From assembly GCA_008690995.1 (NCBI GenBank), contig VRMN01000002.1:930001-994000 (forward strand): a stretch of 64,000 nucleotides of DNA, given 5' to 3'. The stretch is from Porphyridium purpureum (Eukaryota). The notes beneath the pieces are model-generated. The model did not search any database. It worked only from the letters and a program-made list of their open reading frames with translations, and was not told where the DNA came from. Numbering within the stretch: position 1 is the stretch's first letter; every line of letters begins with the position of its first letter. Below are positions 32,172 through 42,930 of the stretch, piece after piece. Made by a program: the position numbers and the translations under genes.

Positions 32172-33965
32172 TTACAACATGTAGGAGCGATCCATACTAC
32201 TTCCTTCAGTGACCCTGCCATCGTGGGTTTTGAGCTTCTCCTTCAGCTGTGTCCACGTCACAACTTTTCCGGGAGTGTCGCGGTGCGTGCAGGTCGAGAA
32301 ATTATCCGAGAATGTGACCACTCGTAGTGATTCGAAGTCGCGAAAAGGAGGTGTGCTGAGAAGGAGGCCGCCTGCAAGACGAATAAGCAAACGGCAAAGA
32401 GTTAGTCTTTCCTTCGTCTCCTCGGTCTTTGCACAACGTTCTTCGTCAGGGTCGAGATACCAAATAATTCCGTCGAAGGCGCGTCGCTCACAAGCCAACA
32501 GAGAAAAGCCAATGTCGTCGCCAGATTCCAAAGATTGTACCCGGTGTCTCGTTCTCGGGATCGCTGCGTATGGACTAGGGGCTACGATTGCATTCTGTTT
32601 CAGGCATGCTTCTAGCCAAGACCTTGTCAAGATGGAACAGCCGGCCGCTGCCGCACAAAGTAGGTTGTTCGTCCACTTACATTCGGTCGTGCCTCGAGTT
32701 GGTATCGAACGAGGAACCAAAAGCACCAGTATTGCACGCTTTCCATCTCTTTGCCCACTGCTAGCTTCCTCCAGTGCAGTTCCAAACCGCTTCCATTCCA
32801 CGGGGTTCCAGTCAAAAACTTGTCCACCTCTTTGCGTAATTTTTTGACGTACTTTCTCCGACTCCTTGCGTTCAAACTTGCTCAAAGCGAATCGAAATCC
32901 AGCAAACAGAGTCATCCCTCTGCGAAATCGTGTCTTACCACCTGCAGCAAAATCGCTTTTTCTCGCACCGCTCGGACTAGATGTTTTCCTCTTCTTTGCT
33001 TGCGGGACTTGCTCAAGGGACGCCAATCTCGCCGCCCGTCCGGACTTCATCTGGAGACTGTTTTCATTTTTCATCTCACACCCTTGCTGTGATGTCTCTT
33101 TGGCAACAGCGACTGGAACAGAGCTGTGTTGCGTGGCTTCGTCAACCGGCCGCTCTGTCTCTGCTTGTTCAAGTTCAAAAGAGTTTCGCGTAGGTGCTGG
33201 GCCTGGAGACATTTTGCCAGGAGAGCTCTCTTTGCTTGCAGGCAAACGACCTCCTGTCCCCACCGAAGATTCGGTTCTCAGCGTCGCTTCAAATTCGATC
33301 GGCAGGCTTTCGGCCGGACTAGTTTCTGGTACTGACGACGACGAATGCTCCACGGAGGGCGAAGCAGCGGGCGTCACCGTCCTTGCCTCATCCATGTACT
33401 CCCTGGTCCAATGCATGAGACATGGAAAGTAATCATTTTCCGCAGACGCCATTCTCAGATTTTTCCTTCGCGTTCCGCCTGCAAAGAGCCATGCCTGAGT
33501 ATGGCCACGTTCCGGGGCATCATGACTCGAACCATGCAGTGCAGTCGGAAACTGCCGGCTATGAGAAGCCAGTCCTTCAGGATGTAATTTTGCGAGCAAG
33601 GATTCATCTGCAACCTGGTCATGCTGCTCACTCACCGTGGCGCGCCTCCGCTCGGCAACCTGCACATTCTGGCCATGTTTAAGCCCTGGCGCACGCGTTG
33701 AGGCACATGCGGGACTTACCGTACCTGTCGGCATGGTGTCATCCACTGAGTGCGCTCCAGATGAGTCGTTGTGCCGGCCCCGTTTGGCGCGCACGGACTT
33801 TGGCGCATTCAGAACAGCCTCATCCACTGTCGCCGCAGGCGCGCTTACAACGGGTGTCGTGCTCCTGAGCTGCGACGCCCGCTCAGGCGCCATGTATGCG
33901 TCATCTTCATGGAGTTGCCCCGATGCGTCTAGCTGCGTCTCTTCCACCAGTACGCGGCGCTCCAT
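32172..33965 (-). CDS. BRCT-domain protein (C-terminal tandem BRCT-like, disordered N-terminus)
   Basis: LFAGFRFALS...ITQRGGQV...ILTRSWLEAC; second repeat F.G..W...LIRLAGG; ATG at 33965. Confidence 0.7.
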   Translation of the reverse strand: MERRVLVEETQLDASGQLHEDDAYMAPERASQLRSTTPVVSAPAATVDEAVLNAPKSVRAKRGRHNDSSGAHSVDDTMPTGTVSPACASTRAPGLKHGQNVQVAERRRATVSEQHDQVADESLLAKLHPEGLASHSRQFPTALHGSSHDAPERGHTQAWLFAGGTRRKNLRMASAENDYFPCLMHWTREYMDEARTVTPAASPSVEHSSSSVPETSPAESLPIEFEATLRTESSVGTGGRLPASKESSPGKMSPGPAPTRNSFELEQAETERPVDEATQHSSVPVAVAKETSQQGCEMKNENSLQMKSGRAARLASLEQVPQAKKRKTSSPSGARKSDFAAGGKTRFRRGMTLFAGFRFALSKFERKESEKVRQKITQRGGQVFDWNPVEWKRFGTALEEASSGQRDGKRAILVLLVPRSIPTRGTTECKWTNNLLCAAAAGCSILTRSWLEACLKQNAIVAPSPYAAIPRTRHRVQSLESGDDIGFSLLACERRAFDGIIWYLDPDEERCAKTEETKERLTLCRLLIRLAGGLLLSTPPFRDFESLRVVTFSDNFSTCTHRDTPGKVVTWTQLKEKLKTHDGRVTEGSSMDRSYML

Positions 33966-34429
33966 TGCGTCGCGCCGCGCGCACGCGCGCGTCACCACAA
34001 CTTGCTGCGACAGTTTTCGCACATGCGATGCCGCGTTTCCCACCAACTAGACTATGAAGGAGTAGCTGATAAACCGATTAGACAAGTGGAGCAGAGCTGC
34101 ACTGCGAGCCATTGCCGCATGATTCCCGTCCGCGTGGCGGTTGGTGTCGCTCGTCATGGTTTCAGAGGACGCGACGCAGACGCATCCACTCGTCACTCTA
34201 AAACGAAGCGGTACGGCAGGAGTTTCTTGTTGTTCTTAGAGTCCGGAAGAAGAATGTCTTAGACAAAGCCTTATATACATTCGTTGGGGTTTGCGTGCAA
34301 ATGCCTTTTGTTGGTCATACAACGACAGTGCTGGAATTTCGTCGAGTTAAAGGCCACTCAGTGCGTACCGAGCTTCAGGAGTACGTACTCTTGCGGGTCA
34401 GTTATAAGCGCAGCGATTTAATGAGCACA

Positions 34430-35968
34430 TCAGGCGTACAGGTCATTGTCGGAGGTGGGCGTGCCGCGCGCCTTGTACAGACAAATGTAGGGAATGGCCG
34501 CGGTAGCGGCGGCCTCGCCAAGCTTCTTGATTTCTTCCAAGGAAGATGCGCTCACCGTATCGTCGTCCATCTTGGCCCACACCTTGTCGTTCAACCGCAG
34601 AAAGGCAATGTAGTGGCCACTGTCGGCATCGCGTCCCTGATGCGTCAGAACGGCATGCAGCTCATAGTTACCATTCACAGTACCATCGGAGAAAATGTCT
34701 GCTACTGCTCCAGACTTGGAGTCCACTTGCATTGCCATCGGATCCTCTGCAGGTCCCGAATCATCCACCGGATGTCCCTTGAGCGCATCGGCCCGCAGCG
34801 CTTCCGCGAGCTTTGCGCGCGCAGGCTCCATTCTCTTCTGCAATGCTTCGTCACAAAACTCGTGCAAGTCCAGATTTTCTACCGGAAAGCTGACAGGGCG
34901 CAAAATCTTGGCCTTGACGCGCTCGTTTGGTTTCCACAAAAAGCGAACAAAGCTCAACGCCAAGTATGGCGGAAGGCGCGATATCCTTGTTTGGCGCTTC
35001 CACAAAGCACTACGACCTAATGACGTGGACTGAAGCTCGATCTCTTCGTTCATACCTTCTCTCAAGCCTTCGGCGAGGTGCGACACTTTGGCGCTAATGT
35101 GGCACTTGAGAAAGCGCGATTGCTCGGTGCGCGTGATCTTTTCGTCTGTTTCCGTGCATGTGTCGTTGACTACCATCTCGAGACCAAAGAGTGCATCAAT
35201 AAGGTTGCGCTTGCTCTGCTGCGAGCCCGGCGCAGCCTGCCCAGAGCCCGCCGCACCGGCGAGTGGCGCTCGAGCCGACGTGTCCTTCAAACTCCGGGAC
35301 AGAGTCGCCAGGATTGTCGACCAGCATTCTTCTGCATCCTGCTGCATCCAGAAGCCCTGTGGCGAGCGCTCACCAAACTGCGGATTGATTCGGCGCAGCG
35401 CCTCTATGAACGCTAACGGGCTGACATTGTCGTACCCTCCCGGCTGGTCGAGCCGTTGGAACACGCTGTTGAGGGCAGTCATGAAGGATCCCTCCATGGG
35501 ACTTGCGGACTCTGGGTTTGCCGCAAGCGACTGGCGCAGCTCTGGCACGACGCTCAGGCACTGCACGGTCGCGTTGGCGTAGCACGTATTGCCCAGGTTC
35601 AGGAGACCCTTCCGGTTATCCATGGAGGCCTGAATCTGTGCCTGCTCCGGGTCGAGTATTTGAGTTTCTTTCATATCCTCTTGGAAGATGACCTTGTGCT
35701 CTGGCTCGGTGGGCAGCTCGCCCGGTGTTCCAATGAGGGTGACGGTCATTCCCGCGCGCAAGCCGAGCTTGCCCCAGTCGGCGGCGTCCTCCTTGAGCTT
35801 CCCGCCCTTGAACCCGAGGATCGACTGGCGATCGACGGGCACGCCCGTGAGGGTCCACAGCTGCGTCATGAACATCAACGCGGACTCGGACGTGTCGACC
35901 TCAACATCGCTGAACAGCTGCTTCTGAAACTTGACGTTCACGCACACCTTTGCCGCCGCTGGCGCCAT
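34430..35968 (-). CDS. UBP6: Ubiquitin carboxyl-terminal hydrolase UBP6/USP14
   Basis: N-terminal UBL (LWTLTGVPVDRQ), GLLNLGNTCYAN, QQDAEECW, THQGRDADSGHY. Confidence 0.95.
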   Translation of the reverse strand: MAPAAAKVCVNVKFQKQLFSDVEVDTSESALMFMTQLWTLTGVPVDRQSILGFKGGKLKEDAADWGKLGLRAGMTVTLIGTPGELPTEPEHKVIFQEDMKETQILDPEQAQIQASMDNRKGLLNLGNTCYANATVQCLSVVPELRQSLAANPESASPMEGSFMTALNSVFQRLDQPGGYDNVSPLAFIEALRRINPQFGERSPQGFWMQQDAEECWSTILATLSRSLKDTSARAPLAGAAGSGQAAPGSQQSKRNLIDALFGLEMVVNDTCTETDEKITRTEQSRFLKCHISAKVSHLAEGLREGMNEEIELQSTSLGRSALWKRQTRISRLPPYLALSFVRFLWKPNERVKAKILRPVSFPVENLDLHEFCDEALQKRMEPARAKLAEALRADALKGHPVDDSGPAEDPMAMQVDSKSGAVADIFSDGTVNGNYELHAVLTHQGRDADSGHYIAFLRLNDKVWAKMDDDTVSASSLEEIKKLGEAAATAAIPYICLYKARGTPTSDNDLYA

Positions 35969-36277
35969 GCTACGTTACCGCGCGGCTGTTCCTCCCCGAC
36001 TCCCACGCACGCCGGGTTCCGTTTCCAACCCAGATCCACTCTTCCCCCTGAACGTCCAACCCCGCCACCAGCACCACCTTTCCCCTCTGCCCACACACCC
36101 ACACACCGCACCGTCTCGTTGCACGCGCCAGCACCGCCTTTTTTAATTTCTTTTTTATTTCTCTTTTTAACATTCTGCAAAGCATTAAAATAACGTTCAT
36201 CGCGCTTAAATTGGATGACAAGAAGAAGTACAGTGATCGGTGTAAATTTACTGTCCACCTCGCGCTTCACCTTAACC

Positions 36278-36314
36278 TTCGGCTTTTCGGCTGTTCGGCT
36301 GTTCGGCTGTTCGC
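36278..36314 (+). repeat. Tandem 8-mer (TTCGGCTG)~4 in bidirectional promoter
   Basis: ttcggctt ttcggctg ttcggctg ttcggctg ttcgc. Confidence 0.7.
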
Positions 36315-36521
36315 TTGTTTGCAAGCCGCGGCGCAAGTGTACCCAATCGCTGTACATCGGGTTGGTTGCGATCGAGCGAGCGAGTGGAGTAGTGTACAGT
36401 GTGAACTGAACACCATGTTCTCCTGAGTGAAAAGAACGGCCGTGCGCGTAAGGAGCGACACACGCGAGAGAACCTCGCAAAAAAACACGCCACTGCGCCG
36501 TGGTTCTGCCCGGGAAGGAGG

Positions 36522-38516
36522 ATGAGGTTTGTAGAGGGAGGAGAGGGAGGGGAGGAGGAGGGTGCTGGGGGGAGGACAGAAGGACGGTGGGGGTGGGTGG
36601 ATGGTGAGGATGGAGGTGTGGTGGTGCGCTGTGGTGGCACGCAGCGTCGCAGGGCATCGCGGGCTGAGCAGGTCGCGCCGTTGCGCGCGAGTGTCGCCGC
36701 CGCCGTGCAGCCGAGCGCGCGCGGTCGCTCCGCCGTCGCGCCGGCGTCCGCGTCGGCCGCCGCAGCGGGATCGGAGACTGGCGCGCAGGCGAGCAGGGCG
36801 GCCGTCGTGCCAGACGTGCCCGCGGCAGCCCGCGACGGCCATGACCACAAGCTGGCGTCCAGTAAGCGCGTAGGAGGGAAGAAGGCGGCGTCCGAATCCA
36901 CGCAGCATGCGGCGCGTGGAGCAAGCAGTGGCGTCGAGTCGAAGCGTGGCGCGGAAGGCCAGAGACGGCTGCGCGAGTTGCAGCAGGAAGGGAGCGAAAC
37001 GCTCGAGCTGGAGCATCTGGATGATCAGATGCACGCTCCCAAGCTGCCCGTGTGGCTCGGCCGAAAACACAAGGAAGAGTCAAAGGCAAAAATTGGGCGC
37101 GCAAACAAAGGTAAGGTTCCTTGGAACAAGGGCCTCAAGCATTCAGAGGAGACGCGGCAGAAGATCGCGGCGAGCACGCGCGCCGCCATGGCAAAAGGAA
37201 AGGTAAGAGACAAGCTCGCAAGTGCCGCGAAGGGCAAGCGACATTCGGAGGAGACCCGCGCTAAAATCAAGGCGTCGCTAGCGCGGCGAAGGCGTGAAAT
37301 AGAGATAGTGAAAGGAGTAGCGCCCTCTTTGAAAACGGGTCGAGAAGCAGCGTTGAGTCTGGCATTGAAAAATGGATTGAAATCCAAAATCGGCGCGGTG
37401 CCAGAAGACCTGCTTCTCCCGCGCAATGGCCTCAGGCGAAGAAAGCAGACGAACACAGGCAGCCGCGTGACAGCGTTTCATTGGGCGCCAGAAGTGTGTG
37501 AGACCGTGCGCGCGGACTTGCAGCGCATGTGGAGTGATCCCAAATTGCGCAGAGAGCTCAACGCGCCTGTTGTGCGAAAAGAATCGCGAACTGCAGATGA
37601 AGGCTCATCCTCGGGGTTATGGCGCAGTACGCCAATGAAAGAGGAGACGAAGAAAAAGTTGTCGGAACGAATCAAAGCCATGTGGGCCGACCCTGAATAT
37701 CGCGAGCGGGTGGCCAAGGGCCTTGCGGAGCGCAAAATGCGCGAAGAGCACTTGAAGCGCAACGATCCGCTATATCGGCAATCGAAATTGCTCTCTGAGA
37801 GTCACCGCGAGAAGATCCGCCAGAGCCTACGGCGCAAACACCGAGAAAGACAGGCTGAGCTAGAATCAAGCGGTGTGTCTGAGAAATCACGGGCGCCGCA
37901 AAGGAGAAGCGCTCATGAATCACGTGATTTGAACGGCAGGCTGAACGATGGTCGCCGTGTGAGTCAGGGATCTGGCGGGCGTCGCCTGAAAGGCAAGACG
38001 GACTCAGAAGTGATAGATGCCGTGACATTCTTTAGGGATAACTCAGCGGAAGAGCAGAATTTTGTGGAATCCCTGCAGGCTAGCGGGATTCTTCCACCAC
38101 TGGGTGATGGCGAGATGAGTGCACGGGCAGTACCATTGACCGGAGGACCAGAAGAAGTTTCTGCCCAGATTATGGAAAATGACATGAGCGGCAGCCACAC
38201 TGATATACTGAATGGTCTTGATGTTGATTTGGATATTTATGATTCGCAGGCCGAGCAAGAGAAGCTGGTCGCGTCGGAAGATAACAGTGCGTCGCCGACG
38301 ATCCGCACTGAGCAGGAGAACGTTCCGGCGGTCGACGGCATCGATGTTGGCCCACGCATTGAGGCCGAAGAAGACGAGGGGATCGAGTATGTGAGCGAGA
38401 GTGAGTATGAGACTGACGAAGACGATTGGGATTCGGAGAGTGATTCTGATTTGGAGCACGCCGATTTCGTCCTCGCAGAGCTGCGCCTTTCCTTCGCGAG
38501 GAATGACGCACACTAG
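36522..38516 (+). CDS. NUMOD3-motif nucleic-acid-binding protein
   Basis: Repeated (K/R)HSEETR.KI units, GKVPWNKG, EETKKKLSERIKAMWADPEYRE; true start uncertain. Confidence 0.75.
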   Translation: MRFVEGGEGGEEEGAGGRTEGRWGWVDGEDGGVVVRCGGTQRRRASRAEQVAPLRASVAAAVQPSARGRSAVAPASASAAAAGSETGAQASRAAVVPDVPAAARDGHDHKLASSKRVGGKKAASESTQHAARGASSGVESKRGAEGQRRLRELQQEGSETLELEHLDDQMHAPKLPVWLGRKHKEESKAKIGRANKGKVPWNKGLKHSEETRQKIAASTRAAMAKGKVRDKLASAAKGKRHSEETRAKIKASLARRRREIEIVKGVAPSLKTGREAALSLALKNGLKSKIGAVPEDLLLPRNGLRRRKQTNTGSRVTAFHWAPEVCETVRADLQRMWSDPKLRRELNAPVVRKESRTADEGSSSGLWRSTPMKEETKKKLSERIKAMWADPEYRERVAKGLAERKMREEHLKRNDPLYRQSKLLSESHREKIRQSLRRKHRERQAELESSGVSEKSRAPQRRSAHESRDLNGRLNDGRRVSQGSGGRRLKGKTDSEVIDAVTFFRDNSAEEQNFVESLQASGILPPLGDGEMSARAVPLTGGPEEVSAQIMENDMSGSHTDILNGLDVDLDIYDSQAEQEKLVASEDNSASPTIRTEQENVPAVDGIDVGPRIEAEEDEGIEYVSESEYETDEDDWDSESDSDLEHADFVLAELRLSFARNDAH

Positions 38517-38679
38517 TCGACGCCTTCAAGACGAAAGGTCTGCTCATGACAGTAGCATTTTCTTTTTATGTTCTTGTGTAAAGACACGCGTGCGTCGTGA
38601 AAGGTCGAACCGTGGAGAAGGATCTTGTTCGGCGATCCTCCATGGTCGCGTTCAATATGGAACCCACGCTGCGCATCCG

Positions 38680-41040
38680 TCAATGATTCAATCCCCTCCT
38701 CTGCAGATATCCGGATTTGGACGCCATTTCACCCGACAGATCCATATCAAGCATATCAATTGAGCTTGCCACGAAACGAGGCGGGCCATGCCCCGATGCG
38801 CGCTGTCTTGGCCAGTGGAAAGATCGTTTTCCTAAATGCTCCATTTGCATCGCAAACCCGTCCAGAGAAAAATACCACGCCGCACCTGGCTGGAGTGTCG
38901 CGCTTTGAACAAGCGCAAAGACACGATTCGAACTGTCTGACGCATGACGTGGCCGTTCAGCCAGCGGAACTGGCGTCCAAATATAAATTCTGCGGCAGTC
39001 GTCTTGTTCTGCAGCCACACACACGACAACACCCAAACCCAGCGCAGACCATTCGTGTGGTCGAGTCGGAAGGACACCCACAGGGCCACAAAGAATGCCT
39101 ACAAAGGTATCCAGTAAGCTGTCGAGACGCTGGGGCATTGTGTCGTCGCATGAGACACTCCCATTTTTGCCAAAGTCCTCGCATGACGCGCCGTCGTTGT
39201 CCAGCAGAAAGCACTTGTGCAGCTGAGTGCTGTGTACACTGTACAGAGCCGTGCCTGGCGAACGAAAGTAGCTGAAGAAGAGCGCATCGCGTGTGAGCTT
39301 CGCGGAATGTGTGCTCCGCCTCTCTTGAACAATATCATGCGTATTCCATGACGTCGCGAAAACAGAAAAGGGTGTCAAACTATGTCCCAGATCCAACATG
39401 TCGCCTTCCTTTCCGGATAAATCGACAACACACGTTGCTTGCGACGGCAGCTTTTCCAGCAGCCACGAGATCATCTCTGCACCAAAGCCCGTGATCCAGC
39501 CTGGTGTGTTGATGAAAACCAAGCATGAACGACCGCGCCTCCGCTGGTTCGCAGTACACGTGGCCAAAAGAGAGCTCACTGCTTCCATGTACGGCTGCGG
39601 AAAGGAAGACGGAGAAAACCCGCCAACAAAGCGTGCGTCAATCATTTCGTGTTTCGTGTACGAACACCATGCAGGGCTTAAGATTGGCGTGGTGATTCTG
39701 TTCAAGGACACAAAACCAGGCGCTGTCATTTCGGACTGGCCCGTGTCCACGTCCAACCACAGCAAATCTACGTCAGCCAAACTGCGCGATATCTCACTGG
39801 TTTGAAAGCATAGCGCGCGAGTCGCTAGTGAGCGCATGAGCATCGATTTCCCGGATTGCTTTGGACCCACACACATCCAGTACTGAGCAGGTGCGCGGTC
39901 GTCGACTGCCGACGCGGCCTCCAAATTCTGCTGCAATTTGCTCGCCATTGCATCCCAACCTTGCCATAGGTGGAAACGCGCACTTAGTTTCGAGTCGGAG
40001 TCTGTTAGACTGCTGCTTTCTGAGCCAGACGCCCTTTCCTTCACAGTTGGACTTGAAGCGTTCGAAACGACCTGGACGATCATTGAATTTAAACATTCAC
40101 AAGCCGAAATCCCGTCCAGACTGCGCAGCAATGGTGTGTACTTGTGCGACTCGGCAAACGGCTCTAAAAACTCACACATGACGAGCGCCGACACTAAGTT
40201 TTGTGGATTCAATTGAGATGATGGACCTGTCGATGATGACGTCCAGTGCCACCTTTCCAAATGAGACTTAATCTGTTCTATTCTGTGAGGGTCAGCAATC
40301 TCCCGGTTCAGGGCGCGAAACATGTGCTCGTCTCGTTTATGCTGGCCGCTTTGGTCGCACTTCGACGAGACCGTCATCTCGACGGCATAACTAGTGTACG
40401 GCGAGGAATACAGAGGCAAGAAGGTTTGCATCGGCCCCAAAGGGCACCCCAAAATATCAACACAGCCCATGAGAATTTTGATGCGCGCCCGGCCGTACAA
40501 TCTCAATTTCGTCCCTCTTGCAAGAACCAACAGCACGGAATCCCGATGCGCAAGTTTTCGCTCCGGTGCTGAAGTCGTCGAGTTGAAATGTGATGGCTCG
40601 AGCATATCTTTCAGCTCGCACACGTAGTGTCTTATGGTCAAGCTGGAGCTACTCGCCGCCCTCTTGCCTTGTGGAAGCACCGAGACATGATCATCTGGTC
40701 CCCGAACGGAAGAGACAGCATGGCTAGCATGGACTTTGTTGCCCGATGCGCTTTGGTCTTCGGCAGCGGAACCGGAAAGCGGATCTGACCTCGGCACTGA
40801 AGGTATTGTCCCCACGAACCCATAATCCTCCACTTCGGATCCTGCCTCACGAGCTGGCGATCCTGTCGCAAATTGCGTCTTGGTCGATTCGGCCCTTGCG
40901 CGGCGCCGCAAGCTTGTTTTGGCGATCGACCCCTCTAAAGATCCCGTGTCATTGTTGGAGGGACGACGGCGTGTGTGACTGCTTCTGGTGGCCTTGCCAA
41001 ACCCGCGACCGAGCACGTGTGAGGCGCGCCATGACTTCAT
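38680..41040 (-). CDS. NOL9: Polynucleotide 5'-hydroxyl kinase NOL9/Grc3
   Basis: P-loop GPKQSGKS, LDVDTGQSEM..PGFVSL, INTPGWITGFG; ATG at 41040 (track extension overlaps the Fanzor remnant). Confidence 0.87.
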   Translation of the reverse strand: MKSWRASHVLGRGFGKATRSSHTRRRPSNNDTGSLEGSIAKTSLRRRARAESTKTQFATGSPAREAGSEVEDYGFVGTIPSVPRSDPLSGSAAEDQSASGNKVHASHAVSSVRGPDDHVSVLPQGKRAASSSSLTIRHYVCELKDMLEPSHFNSTTSAPERKLAHRDSVLLVLARGTKLRLYGRARIKILMGCVDILGCPLGPMQTFLPLYSSPYTSYAVEMTVSSKCDQSGQHKRDEHMFRALNREIADPHRIEQIKSHLERWHWTSSSTGPSSQLNPQNLVSALVMCEFLEPFAESHKYTPLLRSLDGISACECLNSMIVQVVSNASSPTVKERASGSESSSLTDSDSKLSARFHLWQGWDAMASKLQQNLEAASAVDDRAPAQYWMCVGPKQSGKSMLMRSLATRALCFQTSEISRSLADVDLLWLDVDTGQSEMTAPGFVSLNRITTPILSPAWCSYTKHEMIDARFVGGFSPSSFPQPYMEAVSSLLATCTANQRRRGRSCLVFINTPGWITGFGAEMISWLLEKLPSQATCVVDLSGKEGDMLDLGHSLTPFSVFATSWNTHDIVQERRSTHSAKLTRDALFFSYFRSPGTALYSVHSTQLHKCFLLDNDGASCEDFGKNGSVSCDDTMPQRLDSLLDTFVGILCGPVGVLPTRPHEWSALGLGVVVCVAAEQDDCRRIYIWTPVPLAERPRHASDSSNRVFALVQSATLQPGAAWYFSLDGFAMQMEHLGKRSFHWPRQRASGHGPPRFVASSIDMLDMDLSGEMASKSGYLQRRGLNH

Positions 41041-41119
41041 CGCCGCGGACAAGCCCGGAGTTGAATCTACGAACCACGAACCATTGATGAGCGCTTCCAA
41101 AATCCAACAACCTCGGACG

Positions 41120-41820
41120 ACTTGCAAAGCACGGTGAGGTGAGTGTGAGACGACGAACGCCCAGAAGGGCTGCTGCGAGTGAGACTCGAGCGACGGCGTA
41201 AGGCAATGGAATAGATATTCAAATGACGAAAAAGGCCACGGCGGCGCCTGCGGCAAGGGTGGGACTGGCAGCGCTGTGCGTTGCGCCGTGCCGTGCCGTA
41301 AATCCTGTACTTCGCGCACTTACGCAACCTAAAGGAAGAGCGATAAACGAACCTGGCCGTGATCCTCGTGCGCGGGTATGACGGCAGTCTGCTGTGTACG
41401 TTTGAGGTTTCCTCTTTCATTTGGTAGCGTGACGACAAGCTCCGCTCCAAGGCCGCGCGTCAGATCGCCCGCAGGCGCCACGACCTTTTCTTTGACGCTG
41501 CTTCCGCTCAAGGGCGCCCCGACGCGACGCCGAGTAAGCTTCGGTCTACGAGGCGCACATGTCCAGGACCTTTAGCGTTCGCGGAATGATCCCGGCCAAT
41601 CCGAGTGGCCCTTAGCTGTTCGCGTGTAGCTCCGCGGCATGCAGTGCAAGTCTGAGCCTGGATGTCAGAACGGCGCCAAGAAACTTGCATGGCGGAAATA
41701 CTTTGAGGCGTTGGGCATCTCGGTGCCCTGCTTCGGGACCTCGCCCTTCTGGTCTGGTAGCGGCCCGGACCGCGATAAAGTTTCGAGTCTCGCGAGAAAC
41801 GCGAGGTAAGGGTCAAGCGA
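41120..41820 (+). mobile_element. Degenerate TnpB/Fanzor2-type nuclease remnant (copy B)
   Basis: Colinear DNA similarity to 28250-28950; HLRNLKEER*TNLAVILVRGYDGSLLCTFEVS...KLRSKAARQI...H / VYEAHMSRTFSVRG...LFACSSAACS...DV / GAKKLAWRKYFEALGISVP; several stops and frameshifts. Confidence 0.78.
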
Positions 41821-41979
41821 AAACAGAACAATATCATCACAAAAGAAGGTGCTTCACTCGACAACATGAATTAATGGGTTAAATTTCTCCGAACGACAAG
41901 AATGAGCGCGGCGCAGGACGATACCGTGGCACAGACACCGGGCGCACGCTCGTCGCGGACGAGACGCCTCTGCGAAAGA

Positions 41980-42930
41980 TCAGAGCAGCGCGCCCAGCAT
42001 CTCGCGAAGGCCAATGGAGCCTTTCGGATGCATGTCTTCGTCTTCGGCAATGTACAGGTGCATTAGTTCATTGTCGACCATGGCGGTGCATACGTCTGCC
42101 CAACTTGCCAGCGTGCTTGCATACACACAGTTGCTGTTCATGAGGGTCTGCAAAAGCACTTTCTTCTCCTTGGTGGTTGTCACCGTCGCCTCGACGGTGT
42201 CCGCGGACTTGCGCAAGTAGTGAAGCACGGTGTCCTGCAGGTCGAGCCATGTCGACTCGTGTATGTAGAGTAGCTTTGAGTCGAATCCAGAGATAGAGTC
42301 CACCAATTTGCCGGTGTTCTCGTCGACGACTGCGGCGAACTCGGCGTTCTTTTCAATGAGCGTGTTGAATGCCTGGATCGCGGTCACGTTGGAATTGACG
42401 GTGAGGACGGGTTCCATGTTTCCAAAGTCGGCGACTTTTGGGTTCCGGAGCGGCGCGGGGAGTTTGTGGAAGACGTACGACAGAATTTGCCACCCGTCGA
42501 GCACATTCAGCAACTTGGTACTGTTGGGCCCGCCAAACACCGCTAGGTAGTGCACTTTCCGCTCGACCATTGTCTTTGCGGCTTGGTACATGGTGTCGGA
42601 CTCCTTAATGGACACGAACGGGTGTCGTTTGGAGCGGTTGATGGCGTCTCTCGCTGTGTAGCCGGAGACTGGCGCGTCGTCGTTTTCGTCTGCGCCGTCG
42701 TCTTCCGGGGAGGACAGGATAGTGGTGAGCACGTCGACGACGTCGATGAACCCGATCCACTTCTTCTCAGCGGCGCTGTACACCGGCGCGATGAGCGAGT
42801 TGTGCTTCTGCAGGAGCGCGAACACGGTGCTGAGCGAGTCGCCCTCTGCGACGACGACGAGCTCGCGCGGGTCCTGCTGCAGCGCGCTTCCCGCCGGCAC
42901 GTCGTGCATTGACTTTTCCTCCGTCACCAT
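41980..42930 (-). CDS. CBS-domain protein (AMPK-gamma/SDS23-like)
   Basis: APVYS...IGFIDVVDVL, AAVVDENTGKLVDSIS, HLYI...PKGSIGLREML; ATG at 42930. Confidence 0.8.
   Translation of the reverse strand: MVTEEKSMHDVPAGSALQQDPRELVVVAEGDSLSTVFALLQKHNSLIAPVYSAAEKKWIGFIDVVDVLTTILSSPEDDGADENDDAPVSGYTARDAINRSKRHPFVSIKESDTMYQAAKTMVERKVHYLAVFGGPNSTKLLNVLDGWQILSYVFHKLPAPLRNPKVADFGNMEPVLTVNSNVTAIQAFNTLIEKNAEFAAVVDENTGKLVDSISGFDSKLLYIHESTWLDLQDTVLHYLRKSADTVEATVTTTKEKKVLLQTLMNSNCVYASTLASWADVCTAMVDNELMHLYIAEDEDMHPKGSIGLREMLGALL

Noticed and set aside
19930..41040. Apparent clustering of RNA-metabolism genes (UPF3, SERRATE, XRN, NOL9)
   Set aside because: Interspersed with unrelated genes; compatible with chance in a gene-dense genome.
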